64,000 nucleotides of DNA, from the NCBI GenBank assembly GCA_030295235.1, contig AP026164.1:2294001-2358000 (forward strand), written 5' to 3'. Each line of letters opens with the position of its first letter. Position 1 is the first letter of the stretch. The DNA is from Fistulifera solaris (taxonomy: Eukaryota). Below are positions 46,201 to 59,196 of the stretch, one piece after another. Under the pieces are notes generated by a model. It was given only the letters and a program-made list of their open reading frames with translations, did no database searches and was not told the DNA's origin. A program made the translations under genes and the position numbers.

Positions 46201-47170
46201 CCGCCGCATCACCTGGCCTTTCGTCAAGCTCTAATTCCACGTCTTCATAATTGATACTAGAGGCCGCGCACAGAGCATGCAACTTCGTCGGAGGACCGAG
46301 CATTTTCACCATGTCCGGTTCGGAAGCGTTACTGTTCGGGCTCTTATCGGAAAGATCCCTACTACTGATATGACTCATCACTTTCATTATAGCCGGTGAC
46401 GGTACGAGCTTTCCAGACTCATTACACCAATTTTCGCTCGAATCGTTGGCTGGATAAAAGTAACTGCGCATGAGTACTCTTGCTTCACGAATGTGTTGCG
46501 GGATGATGGATTTGCGAAGGAAGAGCCCGGATAGACCTTTACTTTGACTTTTCTGCATGGTTGGTTTCTTCAAGCTTTTCAAGGGACTCTGAAGATCCCA
46601 TGGATTGTACGTCTTCAGATTATTGATAGACGGCGATATTGTGGAGGGAGACGATGTCCTTTTCGCAAAACTTGACTTGGATTTGACCGAGACCATACTT
46701 CCGCTACTGCTGTGAGTGTGGCTCAACTTGCTTGCCAAAATTCGTGGTGGAAGATCGACACTTTCAGAGCGCTTTGTTTCAGATAGTTGTGCTTGTTCCG
46801 AGAGCCGCAAGAGAGGAGAGCCGTAGTCGAGTTTACCAGACTGAGATGCATCTCCTTCTGAGAGATCTTCCTGACTTTGATTCTCATTTACAGAGGGTAC
46901 TATCGACAGGTCTTCCAGTTGGTGTTGCTCGGCTGCAGCATTCGCTCGAGGCTCCGCTTGTATCGGAATTTTCCGAAAAGAAACTCTTCCCGAAAAGTTT
47001 TTAATTTCTGCAGAAAAACGGTACACATCTTGGTTTTGGTCCGTCAATGGAGCAAGTATGATCTCAGGCGTGACATCGTGGTCCTCGGAAATGAATTCGA
47101 GCTCATAGCCGTCTGCGACAGGCAAAGCAAAGACATTCATTACTAGATGGCCACCGTCAAACGCCCTCAC
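43279..47170 (-). CDS. TRP/PKD-like cation channel with long cytosolic N-terminus; multi-exon, boundaries approximate
   Basis: Ion_trans core NMWTILDF...LLWLKVLGILKVVNKHMSTFV, pore LLGDFD and S6 VILLNVLIAVIDDSYE. Ankyrin-like RTPLHVLA; several GT-AG introns. Confidence 0.75.
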
Positions 47171-48172
47171 ATGCCGTCAAAAAAATCCTTTGGAGGTTTG
47201 CTTTTGTTCCGTTTGACCTCCAGGAATACAAATGTGTTTACCAATTGTGAATTAATGCTTCTTTGTGATGAATAACACGTTCAATGTCGGTAGTTGACTC
47301 GCTTATGTAGTCAATGCGTTCCTTTGACCAACGTTGTTTGTGTTTTCGTTGTAATGTTGACAGATGAGTCGTGGATTGTGGAAGATACAAGTCACGAATA
47401 AGTAGTCATCACAGTCATCTGAATTTTAAAGTGTCGTCACAACGGATTACACTTACACGCCCTGCCCCTTCACTACGTTGTATTTGTAACTTGTAACTAT
47501 GGATGGACGAGAAACGATGACGTACGACCCAAAGTATTTAAGCTCATGGGACTGGAATCAATCTTGCTAATTAGTTGAATGGCCTAATGGTTAGATTCCT
47601 CCGACGTTAGGATCCAGAGTGCTTTGACTACGGATACGGAACCATGGAAATGTATGAGTGTACCGTTGTGAGTTCTTGATAGTGTTCGAGCGAATTCAAG
47701 TTTTGGCAATACGGAGAATTAAAGAACGGTTTTGATAATCTCCGACTTGGGAGAACCATCGCGAGCTAACAAGAATAAACGAAAAACTTAGTGCGGACCA
47801 TTATAAGCTCAAATGTAGGATGGCTGGCGGGCCAGCTTCGCCGCAAGAGGATAGTACACCGCTGAACTTCGTTGCGGTATTTTCGATCACACTTGCGTTG
47901 TCGAACTGTGGCTCGCATTACGTTGCTGTGAGCTGTCTCTTCTTTTCCTTTGTTGCCTTGTTTCTTGTTTCCGAATTGAATTTGGGACTCCTGGCCTCAT
48001 CATTTCAATCGTTCTCCCCATCAACAATTTTATCCCGCGCGAGGAACGAATTCTCACGCTATAACGAGGAGTGTCGAAAGATTGAATATCCTTCGACAGA
48101 AGGACTAGAAGTGTGACAGCACCCGGCCTGGTTTTTTGAAAATCGACGACGGTTGGATTCGTTTGTGTAAAA

Positions 48173-50710
48173 ATGCCAGCCAATGACAACGAAGAAATCG
48201 ATGAGCCAAGTGAAGTGGTACGTCACAGTTATTGATTATCATTTAAAAACAGAGAAGATGTCGTGCTTGTAACGGCCTTGTGGCTAATATGCCGCAGCGG
48301 TCTTTGTCTTTGTTCCTTTTATTTGCAGTAGCTTTTACTCAACAAAGAATTGCCGCTTTTCTTTCCGTCAGGACGTATTATGTGGGCGCGGAGGAATGAG
48401 CAATCATCATCCGTAGTAAGTTTTATTTGAGGAGTTTATGTAAATGATTTGGAAGGATGAACGCTGACCCCTGCTCGTTTTTCTTCACCGCAGAGTTAAA
48501 AATGTTTTCTAGGTCCGCCTGTAATGTTTACGAGTGTTTTCTCATTTTTTTCTTGATGCAGGGGTAATGAATGGTATCGCAGACTAATTCGTTCGAATCG
48601 ACCGTTGTACCGGGCTTGCCCCAAACATACCAAGTTACTGGTGAGCAAGGCGATCGTACAAGCTGTCGAGCAGCAGGGTGGACGGTTCCTAGACCGCGAT
48701 AAATCGAACGGAAAATGGTTCAAAGTGTCGTATAAACGAGCGGTCGACAAAACGTCGCAAGGTTTACGCGAACGAGACCGAGACGACGACGCCAGTGGAG
48801 ATGACGATGACGAAAATGGTGCCGATCCGGTCACGGTTCCAGAATCCTTCAGCGGCCGCAACGCCAAGGTGAATTTGAATGAACTTGCTAGTGTTGCTAT
48901 TCAGCACGCAAACAGTGGGGTAGTTCGGGCGCCTTCGGCTCACATATCGGCTCCGCAGCTCGGGGTGCCATTTCATCGCTTGGTACATTTGCCGGACAGT
49001 ACACTCCCATGATGGCAAGACAGCCAATGGAGGCGATGATGAGTCCAGAAATGCAACAACAACGAGTAATGAGTGCAGCTTTGAAGCAACAAAGAATGGA
49101 TGAATTCAATGATGATATGAACCCTCTTCCACCGGGGTTGGCGATGCGCCAGTCTTCCATGTTCCAGATGCTCAAACACGTTCAACTTTTACCAGGAGTC
49201 AGTGACATCGGCCAAGCTGGTCGACAACCAGGGCAACTTCCTTTTCCAACGAAATTGAACAATTTGCCCGAGGAAGGAAAACAAAAGAGGAAAAGAAGTC
49301 TCATCGATGACGACAACGAAGAGGGTGTCGGCCGATCTTTTAACGGCCAAACGGCGGCTGCCAATCAAATGCTGCAATCGACGCTTAACGCGTCAAGTCT
49401 GGGTAATTTGGCCGTTAGCGCCAGTCAACCTCCTTTGCTTCAACCGGGCATTTCCTCACAGCTCCTGCAGAGTTTCGGCACACCGGCTTTTCCTTCGTTT
49501 CAATCCATTCCAAGTCTCGGAGCCAATCAGCTGAGGTCTCAGCAGATGAACAGCACGCAATTCGGGCAGTCGCAGCTTTTGCAACAGATGAATCAAAATT
49601 CGCAAGCTCAATTGATGAATCAGATGCAACTCCAGCAACAGAGGAATCAAGGTCAGGGGCGGTGAACCAAGTACTGCAGCTCAAGCAGGCGCAGGTACAG
49701 CAACAGCTGAATCAGGGACAGTTCCCTTTTCAAGGCTCATTGAACCAGCAATTCGGTCAAGGCCAAATGATGAATCATCTTCAGTTACAACAGCAGTTGA
49801 ATACAAATCAATTGCAATTGATGAATCAGCTCCAGCGTCAATCCAGCGGAGGACTGTCTCGTCTCTCCAGTGCACAGAATATGCCAGCTCCACCATTGGG
49901 TGTCCAGAGACTGCCTTCGCAGATAAGTTTTCAGCCGTTTGCTGCTAGTGGAATGAATACCGCTGTAGGTGTACAGGATGATCCAGTAAATGCTCCTTCT
50001 TTTACTCGCCTAAAGACTCAAGTGTCGGACTGGTTGAAAAACTCTTTTTGGCCTGTAGGCTCAAATCCACCTACAGCACCGCAACAGGCTGAGCTGCATC
50101 AACAACAGTTTGGGGGCGGAGGTGGCCAGGGTGAGGCGAAAGCAATGAGTCAGCAATTGGCCGTTAATACGGCCACTGCAATCGCCAAAATGATTCCGCC
50201 TCCGATTCCGGGTGCCATGCAAGATCGGAAAGGTGCTAAGCGGCAGAAATTTGGGTCCGACAATGGATCAATGGGAGATCGGCAGACACCCATCATAACC
50301 ACCGTTCCACCCCCTGGTCCTCAGAGATCCATCCAAATCAACACCATACCACCGATCAGCAGCAAGAGCAAGCAGCCGACCGGCAAGTCGAAGCAAAAAG
50401 TCACATCCGAGATAGAAGAGGAAGCCGCTGCCGCCGCCGCCATGACATCCGAAGTAGAGCGAAGCGTTTCAGCGTCACTTCTGACCTTGGCTTCTGCCCC
50501 TACTGGATTATTCAAGGGTCTTTCAACCTTGTTCAGCAATCCTAGTACGAGTGTTGTCATGGGAACCCAGCCAATACCACCCAATGTCGAAGCACGGCCT
50601 CCGTCGCCAGATTTTCCCGCAGCGGGTTTGAAGAAATCGAAAAGAGTTTACTAGACGATGATGACGACGAGCGCCCAGAAGAAGCTCGTCTTCGCACTGT
50701 ACCCTGGTAG
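48173..50710 (+). CDS. DUF6824-type domain protein with Gln-rich tail (introns 48218-48371 and 48413-48561; indels)
   Basis: Spliced N-terminus MPANDNEEIDEPSEV-DVLCGRGGMSNHHP-GNEWYRRLI...GGRFL...WFKVSYKRAVDKTSQGLRE, followed by a long Q/M-rich low-complexity region. Confidence 0.8.
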
Positions 50711-50907
50711 TGAAGGCTAGTGATAGATACTAATGTAGTGTATTTTCCGTAAATGATACCTTTTAGATATAGATAACTTTTTATATCCATGTTTTCGTGT
50801 TGGTTCCCTTTCAGCGAGTAAAGAACCGCCAGTCTTTTTGCAATGAACCCGGCGAATGTTACTTTTGCACTTGTACTCGCCGAATGTTACGTTTGCACTA
50901 GATTCAT

Positions 50908-51453
50908 TTACAATAGATCAAAATCATCTAGCTTGTCATTGTACTTTTGTACAGAACGGCGAATCTTTGACTGGTCTACCCAAGTGACATAATCTTCCAT
51001 CGATTTGGTCACTAAAAACGACGGATCAGTTACGACGTTGGGTCCGATTCGTACTTGTCCTTGCTCGATCCAAGTGATAGCAGCTTTGATTGTCTCTGCC
51101 ATTTTCAAACGCACCATTATCACAGGTAGCCTTCGCCGACACAAAGCAGATACTGTAATCTGTTCAGCCGTTTGTAGTGATTTAGTAGTATTGATGCAAC
51201 CCATATCGTTAAGCTTGGTGAGCAGTTGTTCCGTCATGGCAATACGAAAAGAGTTATCTGCAGGTAGCGTTTTCAATTTGGCCGCTAGCTTTGTGACCAT
51301 ACCAACGATTCGATTGTAACTGGTGTAGTCATCCCGATTCTGTAAGTGATATCTTCTCATAACCTTAGCGACCTGCAAGTTGTCTTCGCCTTTCCATGAG
51401 TAGAGATCTACTTTTCGGAGAAGTTTCTTTTCATGGTGCTTGAGTTGCCTCAT
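50908..51453 (-). CDS. IMP3: U3 snoRNP protein IMP3
   Basis: MRQLKHHEKKLLRKVD...CRRRLPVIMVRLKMAE...EQGQVRIGP...MEDYVTWVD...YNDKLDDFDLL. Confidence 0.97.
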   Translation of the reverse strand: MRQLKHHEKKLLRKVDLYSWKGEDNLQVAKVMRRYHLQNRDDYTSYNRIVGMVTKLAAKLKTLPADNSFRIAMTEQLLTKLNDMGCINTTKSLQTAEQITVSALCRRRLPVIMVRLKMAETIKAAITWIEQGQVRIGPNVVTDPSFLVTKSMEDYVTWVDQSKIRRSVQKYNDKLDDFDLL

Positions 51454-52700
51454 TCTTCAGAATAACAAAAATGAAGCTATTAGAAAGAGGTCGAATGCTG
51501 AAATGTAGAATGAACTAGTTGAATGCTGATAGCTTTCAGCGTTCTCGATCTTTATTTGTATTTCAATGCAGAAGCAGAAGTATGGTTTCTTTTTCAAGCT
51601 CTTTTTCTTGGTTTTCGCGATGGTGGAGGAATAGAGGGGACGACACGGCCAGACGGACACGCGATTAGGCAGCGGAGTACAATAGCGACAAGGTTATCCA
51701 TAATTACTCTTCGTCTCATTTGAAGGACGTTAGGGTTTACCATCTTACCGGTCTACTAACGAGAAAACCGTGACGCTGGTGAATTTACAAAGGTACTCTT
51801 TACTATCAACCAATGATAACTTGGGCCAACATTTTACTAGCTTGCTCAGAGAAATGGTCTGTCCGAGCGGAAATCCTTCACTCATACTTTCGATTGAGAA
51901 GCCCAGATATCAATACCGCTCCAACACTCCATTACTACTTTAAGTGTACTAGAGGTCAGAAAGAAATGCGGACCCGTGTAGACACTCTGATAACAAAGAA
52001 AAGAATGATTGTGTCACACCGACCAACTCACCAGCCAGCCATCTCTTCTCATGCTCGATAAACTTTTTCTGTTTACGTTTACGAGGTTCTTTTCCTACAA
52101 AGTGAGCAAAGTCACGCCTAAAAATTCATCTCAACGAGCTTACTAAACTTAGATCTCAAGATACTAAGGGTGAGGAACTTTCGGCTTGTAGCGATGATCT
52201 GTCTTGATTGAAAATGGGTGACCGGTTGGTGGTTATTCCGTCCTGTTTCGGTTGATATTGGAAATTGCACATCAAGCAATGCTTAAACGAAGGAGAAGGA
52301 GCATGCATCCCGGTTACCGTTCGGCGCGTGTCCTTTGATCGCTTTCGACGTCTGGGAGTTCTACGCGGAGTTCCCCTAGCAGGAAGGAATCTCAATCAGC
52401 CGGTCCAGTTTGTTTTCGTGCGACCACGTGGGGCCGAGTTTTTCAATCTAGTTTTGCTTTGTTGAGGCAGATTATATACAAGTTGATCTTCGCCTTTCAT
52501 TTAGCGTCGTTGTTTCGACCTTTCTTTGTCACAAGCTTTGTCAAATACAATTACCTTTCTTCTAGGCTTCTCATCTGTTTGTTTTTCTTTTTTTGCTACT
52601 CTCCCCCTCTCCCCCTTGTTTCACACCGACTCTCTCCCTCTCTGTGTAGATACATTTGCAGTTTAATCGACAAAACGACGAAACAAATTTCATCTCAAAC

Positions 52701-54511
52701 ATGACGAACGGTGCTACTACTCTTGTGAACCCTTCTTCGGAACGTGTCTTGCGCTCCGCGACGAAGAACCCTCTGTTAGGGCCCACGTCTGGAAAGGAGG
52801 AACATCTTCATGATGTTGCCCTTGTGGAAGCGGAAGAAAGGTTGATGGATGAGGAGATTACGTCAGTGGAAGATAATCATGAGGAAATGTCATCGGTCGA
52901 ACATAACATGGTCACTGCGGCGTTAGTAGAGAGTTCGCGGAGTACGTTGAGGAATCACGTTCATGATGAGGGATGACAAAGAGGATCATTTGGACCATAC
53001 GGACGATAGTAAAGAGAGTCGTTATGGTTTGAGAAAGCGTAGACGACCCACCGGTCAGGACTTGGAGCGTTTGGAACATTTTCAATCCTCGAAAGACGGT
53101 GGGCTGATGCGGTCGAACGCACCTCCGACTTCTTCACATGACTTGGAAGGTGAGGGTAGGCCTCCCGAGTCACTACAGATCCGTAAACATGTTGGCACCG
53201 AATCAATGCGAAACAACCCGCCTCCGAATGCGAAACCTGCTGAAATGGGGCCAGCCCAAGTTGCCTCGAACCCGCATGCTTCTGCAGTCCGCCCAGCTTC
53301 ACTTCGAACGAAACAACCCGAAAGTAGGGCTACAGCACAACGACCGAATCTTTCAAATACCAACCCAGTATCGGTGACATCCGTTCCCAATCCTTTGCTT
53401 CATATTTCTGACACCGTTCCCGTTGATGCAAGCAAATCGATTCTAGCCGCTTCGCCCTCCCTTCCTCCACCCGTTGTCCAAATATCTCATACTGTACCTT
53501 GTCCACTACCAGGACCCGCCGTCGATGAGTTTTCAGGGGTGCATACTTCCAGTCAGCCCACCAAATTCAATGACAGCACTCGATCGAATGCGCATAGCAC
53601 ACCGGCTCTGCGAATAGCTTCGGATGCATTGCTGACGTCGGCACCAACACCAAATGTCACCTTCGCAATTGGTGATATTGATGACAGCGAAAAGGGTCGA
53701 AGAGTCACCATAAATGACCAGCCCCATCTTGGTCCACGTATCAGGGGTTTTTCTATTGACATGGATTGTAAGTCTCTCTTATATTTCGCACCAAGTTCAT
53801 TAAGTAACTAGCAGCCAATTACTCACACTTTCATTCGCAGTGGGGCTTGACTTTGCCGACCTAGGAGGATCTTCGCAAAATGACTCTGTAGATGGACGCA
53901 GTGGTCGCGACCGAGCTTTTTCTTTCGAGTGCTTCGCTTTTGGTATCAATGCCGATGAACCTCTTCCTCCGTTAGAGCAACAAATGTCTATGATGCAGGG
54001 AAGACCAAGAGGTGATTCGCTGATTTTCGATCCCTCCAGCTTTCAAGATGGGGGCATTCATGAAAAGAACGCTTTGGAGACGTCCTTCAGCCCCGCCCCA
54101 CAGCCGGAGGTGCCACCACCTCCTAAGGTGGTTCGAGCTCCGCAGCCTGTGCCTTCTAAGCCACCGGCCAAACTACCGACGGAAGCTCCCCGCGTTCCTC
54201 CGACTGTAGTCATGCCACCACCTCGCATCATTCCCACCGAGCCTGCGGCCAGCAGCTCTACCGCTACGGCTACTTTGCTGGTTAGTCCGGGCAGTTCCAC
54301 TACTTTATGTTTGGAACTGGTGAACAAGGACGGACGCATCGGAATTTATTTACCCGACGCACGTCGTGCTCGCATCGCTCGTTTCCATGCCAAGCGTGCC
54401 AAGCGCATTTGGAGAAAGCGCATCAAGTACGATTGCCGCAAAAAGCTGGCCGATTCCCGCCCTCGCATCAAAGGCCGATTTGTGAAACGCACCGACATGG
54501 ATGACGAATAA
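52701..54511 (+). CDS. CCT-motif transcription regulator (intron ~53769-53840; frameshift ~52970)
   Basis: C-terminal RRARIARFHAKRAKRIWRKRIKYDCRKKLADSRPRIKGRFVK is a CCT motif; the upstream region is disordered. Confidence 0.85.
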
Positions 54512-54634
54512 TCGTTTCGTTATTGTATAATTAATTCTCATTTGTCGTATTAAGTAATCTCTGTGTCTTCTTGTAAAAATGTATGTCTAGATAAGAATCT
54601 TTGTGGTACAGAGTAGATTGGTTTTCACTATTAT

Positions 54635-55136
54635 TTATTTGAGAAAATCGTAAAAGCCCACACCTTCCGAGATGGCATACGCCCCTCGACCCACAACCGA
54701 CAAAACTACAGTCGACCAAACGAACACGAGACCGAGCTCTTTCGGCTTAATGTCCCAATAATTGACTTTGACGCCTTTTCGTTGCGATTCAAATCGCTGA
54801 TAGGCCCAATCGTTGGGATTGCGCAAATAGGCATCCATATTTCCCTGCGCTTCATTGCGACTGACGCCATCTTGTGCCATGAATTTAAGGACCGCTTGCT
54901 CGTAGTCTCGTTCTTGAAAAATGCGGGAAAAGAATGGTTTCGGGCCGTGCATCAATAAGGTTTACCGGGGCCGTAACCGGCCTCGGGTCGTTCGTCGGGT
55001 GAATTGGCCACCCATTCGCCTCCGACGAAACGGGGGCCATCGACTGTGTCGTTGCTGCCGTTCGGCCTTGCGAAGAAGGCGAAAAGGCTTGAGTAGTATT
55101 GAGTAGAAGTGATAGAAGGAGTAGTGATCGCATCAT
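54635..55136 (-). CDS. Conserved hypothetical plastid-targeted protein with C-terminal TM (frameshift ~54955)
   Basis: MMRSLLLLSLLLNTTQAF bipartite signal; YEQAVLKFMAQDGVSRNEAQGNMDAYLRNPNDWA; C-terminal TM. Confidence 0.7.
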
Positions 55137-55689
55137 GTTTCGGCAAGTAACGATATTCGATACAATCGATTTCATTTTTGCTTAGCGAAAAGCTATCGGA
55201 AAAAAAGAAAGTGCATCCTTTTGTCCTTGAGGTTTGTGACGTGTGACGTGGTTGTCTGCGTCCCGTTGAGCATACCGGAAAGACGAGAAGACATTTCGTT
55301 TTTCTAAAAGGTTGCAAATCCGTAGAAATGCATTTGCCCATGAATGAAGCGAAACGAAGTGAATTTTCATAATCAAATTGAAGAGATGCAACATAAGCAA
55401 AGAAAAAAGATCAGTAAGTCAACAGGAGTTTTATGAATCATTTAATCTTTTTGGCTAGGAACAAATGACTGAAACGCAGTCGTGTTGTAGGTACACTTAG
55501 AGAAATAGGAGAAACCGGAAAGACACCGAAACATTCCAGCTTTGATTTCCGCATTTTTACCTCAGCGCGATTTTTTTTCGATGTACTTGACATCATTGAA
55601 CTATCATTTTCGATGAAAAGAAATCCGTCGACGAACTATTGCACTGTTATACATCATTCAATCAACTCAACAACATACCGAAAGATTTC

Positions 55690-56713
55690 ATGTCCGCGGA
55701 AGATGCTGTTGCACCGACAGCATTCGACTATCGCACGAAAGTCAAAGAAAATGAAGATCTCCGTCAACGCATTGATACTTTGAAACACCAAGTTCAGAGT
55801 TTAAAACGCAAATGCACGGCATTGGAAAAATGGAAAGCGCAACTGAAAACCGAACAGGTGAATCAAAAGAAAATACAGAGCAGTGATACAACTATGGTCT
55901 CGATGGAACAAGTGCAACAATTCTTGGCCGAATACGGAGGACTCAGTCGATATACTATTGTCGACGACGAGTGGCACAACAAACACCCGAAAGCGGCGAA
56001 CCATTTATTAGGTTTTCCGTCGTGGGAAGAAGGAAAACAAATCATGAAATTGCATTTCCCCGATTTAGTACAATCTTGTCCTAAATTGTATCTCAGTCGC
56101 AACAGCAAGCGACTGCAATTGGAAAACGGGCACGACTCTCTTTGAGCGTTGCGTCGCCGTCAAGCTCATGGAGCGACTCGGGTTGGCGGCGAGTAAGTGT
56201 GGATCCATTTACAGTGCGGATGAACGAACGGTGAAAAGCTGGCGAGCCGAATGGCAACGGAGATGGGGGATTGACGAGATTAAAGTTTTTCAGTGTCAGC
56301 CATTGCTCGGACCTTCCGCGGTGAAAAAACGAAAACGGATGAATGAAATGGCAGCCGCCACCGAAATGACGGTACAGACGGATGAAAGAGGAGTCACCGA
56401 GCGAAATAGTGTTTCTGATTTTACCTCCAGGCCTCCCACGGCGCAAGATGTGTCCACTCGTTCACAACCTTTCGGCCATCTAGTCAATACGGGGCATGGG
56501 CATGACGATTATTTGATGCATCAAGACACAATGACTGGGCAAGCGGAAGAAAGACACCATGAAGCTGCGGCAATAGCACCCGCATACATGATACAAGAAC
56601 CAATGCCACCACCTCCTTTGGCGGCAGCAGTTGCCGCTTTTATTCGCAACAACAACGGAGGCATGCATCCATCCTATCGCGGACCTTACGAGACGGGCGG
56701 ATATTATTTATAG
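55690..56713 (+). CDS. Coiled-coil plus Harbinger/IS5-transposase-like HTH protein (frameshift ~56128)
   Basis: Coiled coil, then GGLSRYTIVDDEWH..HP.AANHLLGFPSWEE and TLFERCVAVKLMERLGLAASKCGSIYSADERTVKSWRAEW (HTH-like). No DDE domain follows. Confidence 0.55.
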
Positions 56714-57621
56714 CCAACGTGTCGCGATCTGAATTATTATTGAACGTGCTGAAAACCATATTCACATTTCTCTCTTATGCTTCACTTCTTCTAGATGACT
56801 ACTACGTAGAGTATCAAAGTGCCCTAGCACTACTTTATCCATCATCCCTACCAGGTATCGATTATTACTTTCGGTGCGAAGATAGAAAAAAGATGCAATC
56901 ATCGTTCTTTATTTCATTTGTGTTTAATTCTAGAGCTAGAGAGGAGCTTGGACGAAAGTTGCTTAAACTAGAAAAAGACAATCGTCCATAGGGTTCATTT
57001 TCCACCCCATAAATCCTAAAACATGAAGTTTGAGACGGTCCTTCAGCGACTGACTCTGCACTCTGCATTCTGCGATCTGGTGGGTCGTGGAGTTGTTAGT
57101 TGTTTCCTTTCCTTATGTTGTTTCGTGTTTTGAAAGTTGGCAAGGAGCAACAACTTGCCAAACCTCGATCTCTACCAGTACTGGTAGTCACTCACGACCA
57201 AACTCACGACTGACGTATCCGTTTCCACATGTTGATAACCTACAGGATATAAGCCCTGCCTGGTCTTGGTCCCGAGTGTACTCACTGCGTGACAATAATA
57301 ATATAAGCCCTTCGTTAGATCTGTACACGCAACCTAAACAATTATTACTCAATCGCGAATTACTTCTTTCGCCTCTTCAAACAAATTGTCACTTTCATAG
57401 TAATGTTTGAGACGTTAGGCGTATCTGTATTGCCAAAAGTTTAAGCCCCTTGTTGAGGGACTCTGGACCTCACCCAGAAGAACAGAAGAACGCAAAAATC
57501 AAAGATGCGCACTCCGAGATCGATTGACGTGATTGCTCATTGCTCTTTAAAAATAGAGGATCTTTTGTTGCATTCGATGATCATCGCTAAAGGGGAACAA
57601 ATACAATAGCAATAGCAACAG

Positions 57622-58695
57622 ATGGATCGGAATAATATACACAGATGCATATCGTCCTACAAGCTGCGGCCGCGATCCGAGCCGACGCGAGGAGTCGTTC
57701 GACGATGTTCCTCGTATTATCCATCCGGAAATCGAATTGTGTCTTTTAGCAAGGAACATTCGTGTTCGTACGTCCCGTCACTGGACAGCATGTCGAAAGA
57801 CACTATTTCTGCCGTGTGGTTTTCGTCTACAGAATGCAATCGGATGAAAGACGATGCTCTCAGACATGTCTCCGCAATTGATGCCGGACTCTTAGACGTG
57901 GATGCTCGCGGCTTGGAGGAAAGGACCGCCGCTGGAGCGTGGGAAGCCTTTCAATCCAGGAGCCAGGCTTATAATCTCGTTTTAGGATTACAAGAACGAC
58001 AAAAGAAAGCTAAAGAGGAGGATTCACACGCTATTGCGGAAGTGTATGGGGAACAAAGTCGATTACGCATGGTCATAGCACAAGCACGAGCAAAAGAAGA
58101 TGAAAAAGTTGCTCAGAAATATTTGAATTCTACCAAGCTTGAGAGTCGTCGGACAGTACGTCGTGTTTCTCTGGCAATGCTGGATTTACAAAGAAAGCGG
58201 CCCCACAGCGGTCATCTTCTGTCGAGAGCATGGACAACTGGGAGAATCTTTTGCTGGAAACGAAAGAATCCTTGCGTAGCATTCCAGCACCCGACGACGA
58301 TGATGAAGCGGAGGAACCAAACGACAACAAGGGAAAGAAACTTATCAAAGTACGAGTCAAAATGTCCAAATGTCTCAGTGAACTGACCGATTCCACCGAA
58401 TCGACGGGAGCAATGACGGATGAGTCGGAGTCGTCATCCATGTCGGATTACTTTACCGATGAAACCGCTTGCCTCATGGAAAGCCGGGCATCTTTATGCT
58501 CGGTCAAACTCAAGAAGAGGAAAAGACAAAAAGAAGAAAGAAGACAAGAAAGATACGTCCAAAACGAATCGAAAACCTAGAAGCAAAGAAGAACTCATGC
58601 GTTTGTCGCCGCTAGAAGCACCCAAATCACAAGTATCCGCAGAGGAAAGAGCGTCTTTACTGACTGTCATAACCCGACCGAATATTGTTTCATAA
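57622..58695 (+). CDS. Diatom-type hypothetical protein (VxF...WF...RGLE family); boundaries uncertain, indels
   Basis: IVSFSK..VPSLDSMS..ISAVWFS..E..RGLEERT..VLGLQERQ..IAEVY..AKEDE pattern; the tail continues in shifted frames. Confidence 0.55.
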
Positions 58696-59196
58696 TACCA
58701 TTCCGCTCTTACCATTCGCTCTATTTGACAAACTGGGCTTTTGGATTTTGCATTTTAGTAACTCAGATAAAAGGAATTAGTAAGTAAAACGTGATGTGAT
58801 TCGATTATCTGGTTGAGGGGGGAAGCTTAAGATATTTCACGACTTCTGTTCGGTTACACTTGGTCTCTATAACGTCTAGAATGCCATGAGTATTTCAAAA
58901 ATGTCGAGTGATGAATGATGAGTTGTTTAAAAATTGACAAACTAAAATAATGGTCGTTTGTCGATATTCAGGAGTATGGTATGAAGTGTAGACAGGACGT
59001 TCTCTATTTAATAATTGCAACACACGAGTGACCTTAATACCTTGATATGGATAGACAGATACTGCGTACGCTTAAAATTTACGGAGTATCACATAGTGCA
59101 TCGTGGTTATTCGAAAAACCTGATGGCGGTTGCGATGATTTTTGTCACAACCATATCTGCCAATTTACAAAAACAGGAGAGGATCAGTTCACAAAC

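Noticed and set aside
47573..47700. tRNA-like A-box (TGGCCTAATGG) with a downstream GTTCGAG
   Set aside because: No pairing D-stem, acceptor stem or T-stem could be built, and the spacing is wrong for a tRNA.
50853..50899. Direct repeat CGAATGTTAC.TTTGCACT, two copies 28 nt apart
   Set aside because: A short local duplication in the IMP3 3' region; only two units, not a CRISPR array or mobile element.
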